A DNA stretch of 42,813 nt, taken from Methanobacteriota archaeon. Lineage in GTDB: Archaea > Thermoplasmatota > Poseidoniia > Poseidoniales > Poseidoniaceae. Positions 41,901-42,813 of the stretch are shown piece by piece. The DNA lies in the NCBI GenBank assembly GCA_002726845.1, contig PBSP01000019.1, positions 1 to 42,813 of the forward strand, read 5' to 3'. The position numbers and the translations under genes are program-made. Every line of letters begins with the position of its first letter. The stretch's first letter is position 1. A model generated the notes under the pieces. That model worked only from the letters and a program-made list of their open reading frames with translations, was not told the DNA's origin and did no database searches.

Positions 41901-42493
41901 CTGATTTGGACAGTGTTTGCAATTTGGATGCTGTTTCATCTGGACCGTCGAACTGTACTCTAGAAGACAGATGTCCGAATACTGGGATTAACGAATCTGT
42001 GGATGAAAATGGATGCTCCTGGAATCAGAAAGACGATGATGGTGATGGAGTCTTCAACAAATTCGATCTGTGTCCAAACACGCTAGCGGATTCTGTGTCG
42101 CCGAGTGGGTGTTCAACATGGCAAACAGATACCGACGGTGACGGTGTTTACGATGAGAACGACGAATGTGCAAACACGAATTCCGAACATGTGGCGGACT
42201 CCAAGGGTTGTTCTTCCCAACAAAATCAATTGATTGAGAGCGCCTCTGACAACGACTTCGTCAACACACCAGTACTCATTGGAGCAGGTATGTTGCTGGT
42301 TGCTGTCGTTGCACTTCTGATGTTTCGCAGGAAAGGATCAGAAAAGTTCTCTGAACCTTCTGATGTCGAATATCCTGCGTATGAAACCCGAGGTGCAATG
42401 CGAGACGGTCGAGAATATATCGAACATCCAGTAGGAAGTCAACAGTGGTTTTACCGGGACCCGGCTACAATGCAATGGGTTCGTAACGAATAA
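38966..42493 (+). CDS. giant surface protein: signal peptide, two propeller-like regions, twelve thrombospondin type-3-like Ca-binding repeats, TM anchor, cytoplasmic tail
   Basis: 1,175-aa ORF with signal peptide MSRRLVTLALVLCLMFLVST. (F/S)SPDG-type blade motifs recur (LQFSPDGDLLALAS, LLSSPDGNEILVSD, LRFSPDGTTFAYT, LEFSNDGSTLIGG...). There are two clusters of DxDxDGxxDxxDxCPxT...GC units. The TM is VLIGAGMLLVAVVALLMF, followed by RRKG and a tail of about 70 aa. Confidence 0.85.
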   Translation: MSRRLVTLALVLCLMFLVSTTNPLITSEFSTDEENTQATSGRSVHYGDWVAHREIPIDFGCGGFTYGSLIDSSNDGIIAAYAGRCSKGPSNVSIYDSVDLLLLESFETNYELDFLQFSPDGDLLALASSGNVKIYSTSDWEVLLDETMTDFFISDMTWSGDSDRLVVATGNNGGHMYEGPDWDEVDGTTSNGGLVTHDPTEDKLWYLNSDGTGNVYEYQNVPLAGYQWVMTRSFTVSCAGSCYELLSSPDGNEILVSDYYGTYVYSVSDYSQGEGFSGTNPLFSFDGSTMLLLNNDYYQDNVVLISTNGWSVESDFVAKNSGWDSITISSNDSEIFHMTKVSSNVVLLTGYMPDSDGDEVVDYRDLCPGTDAQEDSDSAGCAPSQRDSDSDGINDRDDFCPRTKTGDSVDSIGCSVAQLTDSDNDGVSDSDDECPDTSNDGIPDRKGCSGNQRDVDGDGIVDELDECPLVAQNNCPRVIFWNTSTSAIEGTSQFRDIEISSDGQYIAAFSYPDLYILDSEFQSIDIVQSTSYYNSITEIEWSPVENKLLIFTDNYDGGVCTYQIWDGTTQDLSEEFDTDEDCSQILHETLRFSPDGTTFAYTTFSWTNYRTVTSVKDFSTHLTLLEDRNFRIDHLEFSNDGSTLIGGDGSQLVMWDLIEYEFVNSKRAQSTERFYLTPDANYIVTTNDENLYFYKTSNFELSNSIQLTVNESEITDITFSRSGDLMYATIMVGFCSWGCEEGSGALTKLHSYNLDGDELDLLRSSEIINSGNALVPVYHPQEQFAYVKLYTQDNYSQWLPDSDGDGFMDNVDQCPGTGIDVEVDENGCGGDQLDDDGDGLANFEDLCPDSPSGIATDENGCTDQQVDEDFDGICNEDALSDGPSNCVGEDECPQSANGIAVDNYGCSWAQQDHDSDGVNNADDECPDTEIPGDADQNGCDRKQRDTDGDSIKDYWDDCESTRQGDVIDEFGCSDLQVDADLDSVCNLDAVSSGPSNCTLEDRCPNTGINESVDENGCSWNQKDDDGDGVFNKFDLCPNTLADSVSPSGCSTWQTDTDGDGVYDENDECANTNSEHVADSKGCSSQQNQLIESASDNDFVNTPVLIGAGMLLVAVVALLMFRRKGSEKFSEPSDVEYPAYETRGAMRDGREYIEHPVGSQQWFYRDPATMQWVRNE
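40025..40393 (+). repeat. thrombospondin type-3-like repeat cluster 1 (4 units)
   Basis: Units: DSDGDEVVDYRDLCPGT, DSDSDGINDRDDFCPRT, DSDNDGVSDSDDECPDT, DVDGDGIVDELDECPLV. Most are followed by a (V)DxxGC(S/A)xxQ segment. Confidence 0.8.
41366..42223 (+). repeat. thrombospondin type-3-like repeat cluster 2 (8 units, with a 3-unit super-repeat)
   Basis: Units start at DSDGDGFMDNVDQCPGT, DDDGDGLANFEDLCPDS, DEDFDGICNEDALSDGPSNCVGEDECPQS, DHDSDGVNNADDECPDT, DTDGDSIKDYWDDCEST, DADLDSVCNLDAVSSGPSNCTLEDRCPNT, DDDGDGVFNKFDLCPNT and DTDGDGVYDENDECANT. Confidence 0.8.
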
Positions 42494-42502
42494 GCGACGT
42501 AT

Positions 42503-42813
42503 TCAAGTTCGTAGGATTAAGCAAGTTGCACTGTAGTCTCTGAAAAGCCATGGGAACTGTCGAGGGAAAAACAGCCACTCCCTTGGTTTGTAAAACGGCA
42601 TAAAAATTCGAGCAACATTTTTCACCAATTCGATTGGTTTGCGGTGATCGTTGCTGGTGATGATCTCACCTTGAATTAATGTTGAACGCGAGAAATACGC
42701 TGCGAATTCCTCAACATTTGGCCGAAACATTGTGTCGATAGGATCCGGATGGTACGGAAATCTGTAAGGGCCTGAAATAAACAAATAGCCGTTTTCTGGA
42801 ATGATTTGCTGCA
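42503..42813 (-). CDS. hypothetical protein, C-terminal fragment (open to the right edge)
   Basis: The track ORF begins at a TTG at 42784, but the frame stays open to base 42811 (...QQIIPENGYLFISGPYRFPYHPDPIDTMF...). The real start therefore probably lies outside the window. No family recognised. Confidence 0.4.
   Translation of the reverse strand, partial: QQIIPENGYLFISGPYRFPYHPDPIDTMFRPNVEEFAAYFSRSTLIQGEIITSNDHRKPIELVKNVARIFMPFYKPREWLFFPRQFPWLFRDYSATCLILRT

Noticed and set aside
31015-42493. A functional calcium theme linking the CaCA exchanger to the Ca-binding TSP3 surface protein
   Set aside because: The genes are about 7 kb apart, on opposite strands and in different transcription units. 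There is no sequence-level evidence for linkage.
1-42813. Looked for tRNA, rRNA, CRISPR arrays, IS elements, integrases, prophage or defence-island signatures, and large direct or inverted DNA repeats
   Set aside because: No intergenic gap exceeds about 130 bp. I found no cloverleaf-like or repeat-spacer structure and no transposase, integrase or phage-like ORFs. The only DNA-level repeats are in-gene low-complexity or TSP3-coding tracts.

Overview
This is a very compact 42.8-kb chromosomal segment; the largest intergenic gaps are about 110-130 bp. I read it as archaeal. It carries PurP, the archaeal ADH-type shikimate entry enzymes (AroA', AroB') and a GHMP-type shikimate kinase. The acidic proteome, secreted subtilisin and giant surface protein suggest a marine planktonic Thermoplasmatota/Poseidoniales-like euryarchaeote, but that is inference only. 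I call 33 CDS. They include tryptophan 2,3-dioxygenase; purP; a membrane-anchored charged-helix protein with a YfaP-like domain; aroA'-aroB'-aroK-aroC plus aspartate kinase; and a long minus-strand array. That array joins an XDH/CODH-family molybdoenzyme (2Fe-2S, Mo and FAD subunits) to an anchored secreted protein and a DUF4350-like/MoxR/DUF58/polytopic-membrane module. The remaining CDS are an S8 protease divergent from a 1,327-aa almost all-transmembrane protein; oligoribonuclease; an OYE-XdhC-MocA operon; an orphan acidic protein; acyl-CoA dehydrogenase; a CaCA exchanger; a fused 2-oxoacid dehydrogenase E1 alpha-beta; a TVP38-family protein; a response regulator; MoeB-rhodanese; TrxB; and a 1,175-aa surface protein with propeller-like regions and thrombospondin-type-3 (TSP3) repeats. 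I saw no rRNA, tRNA, CRISPR, transposase, integrase or phage genes. Internal operon genes carry clear GAGGTG-type Shine-Dalgarno (SD) boxes, and several stop/start pairs overlap. The best candidates for undescribed biology are the molybdoenzyme-MoxR/DUF58 array (9156-19677), the roughly three-dozen-helix membrane protein (21880-25863), the TSP3/propeller surface protein, and the charged-helix/YfaP-like protein. All family calls rest on motif recognition by eye. No searches were run.
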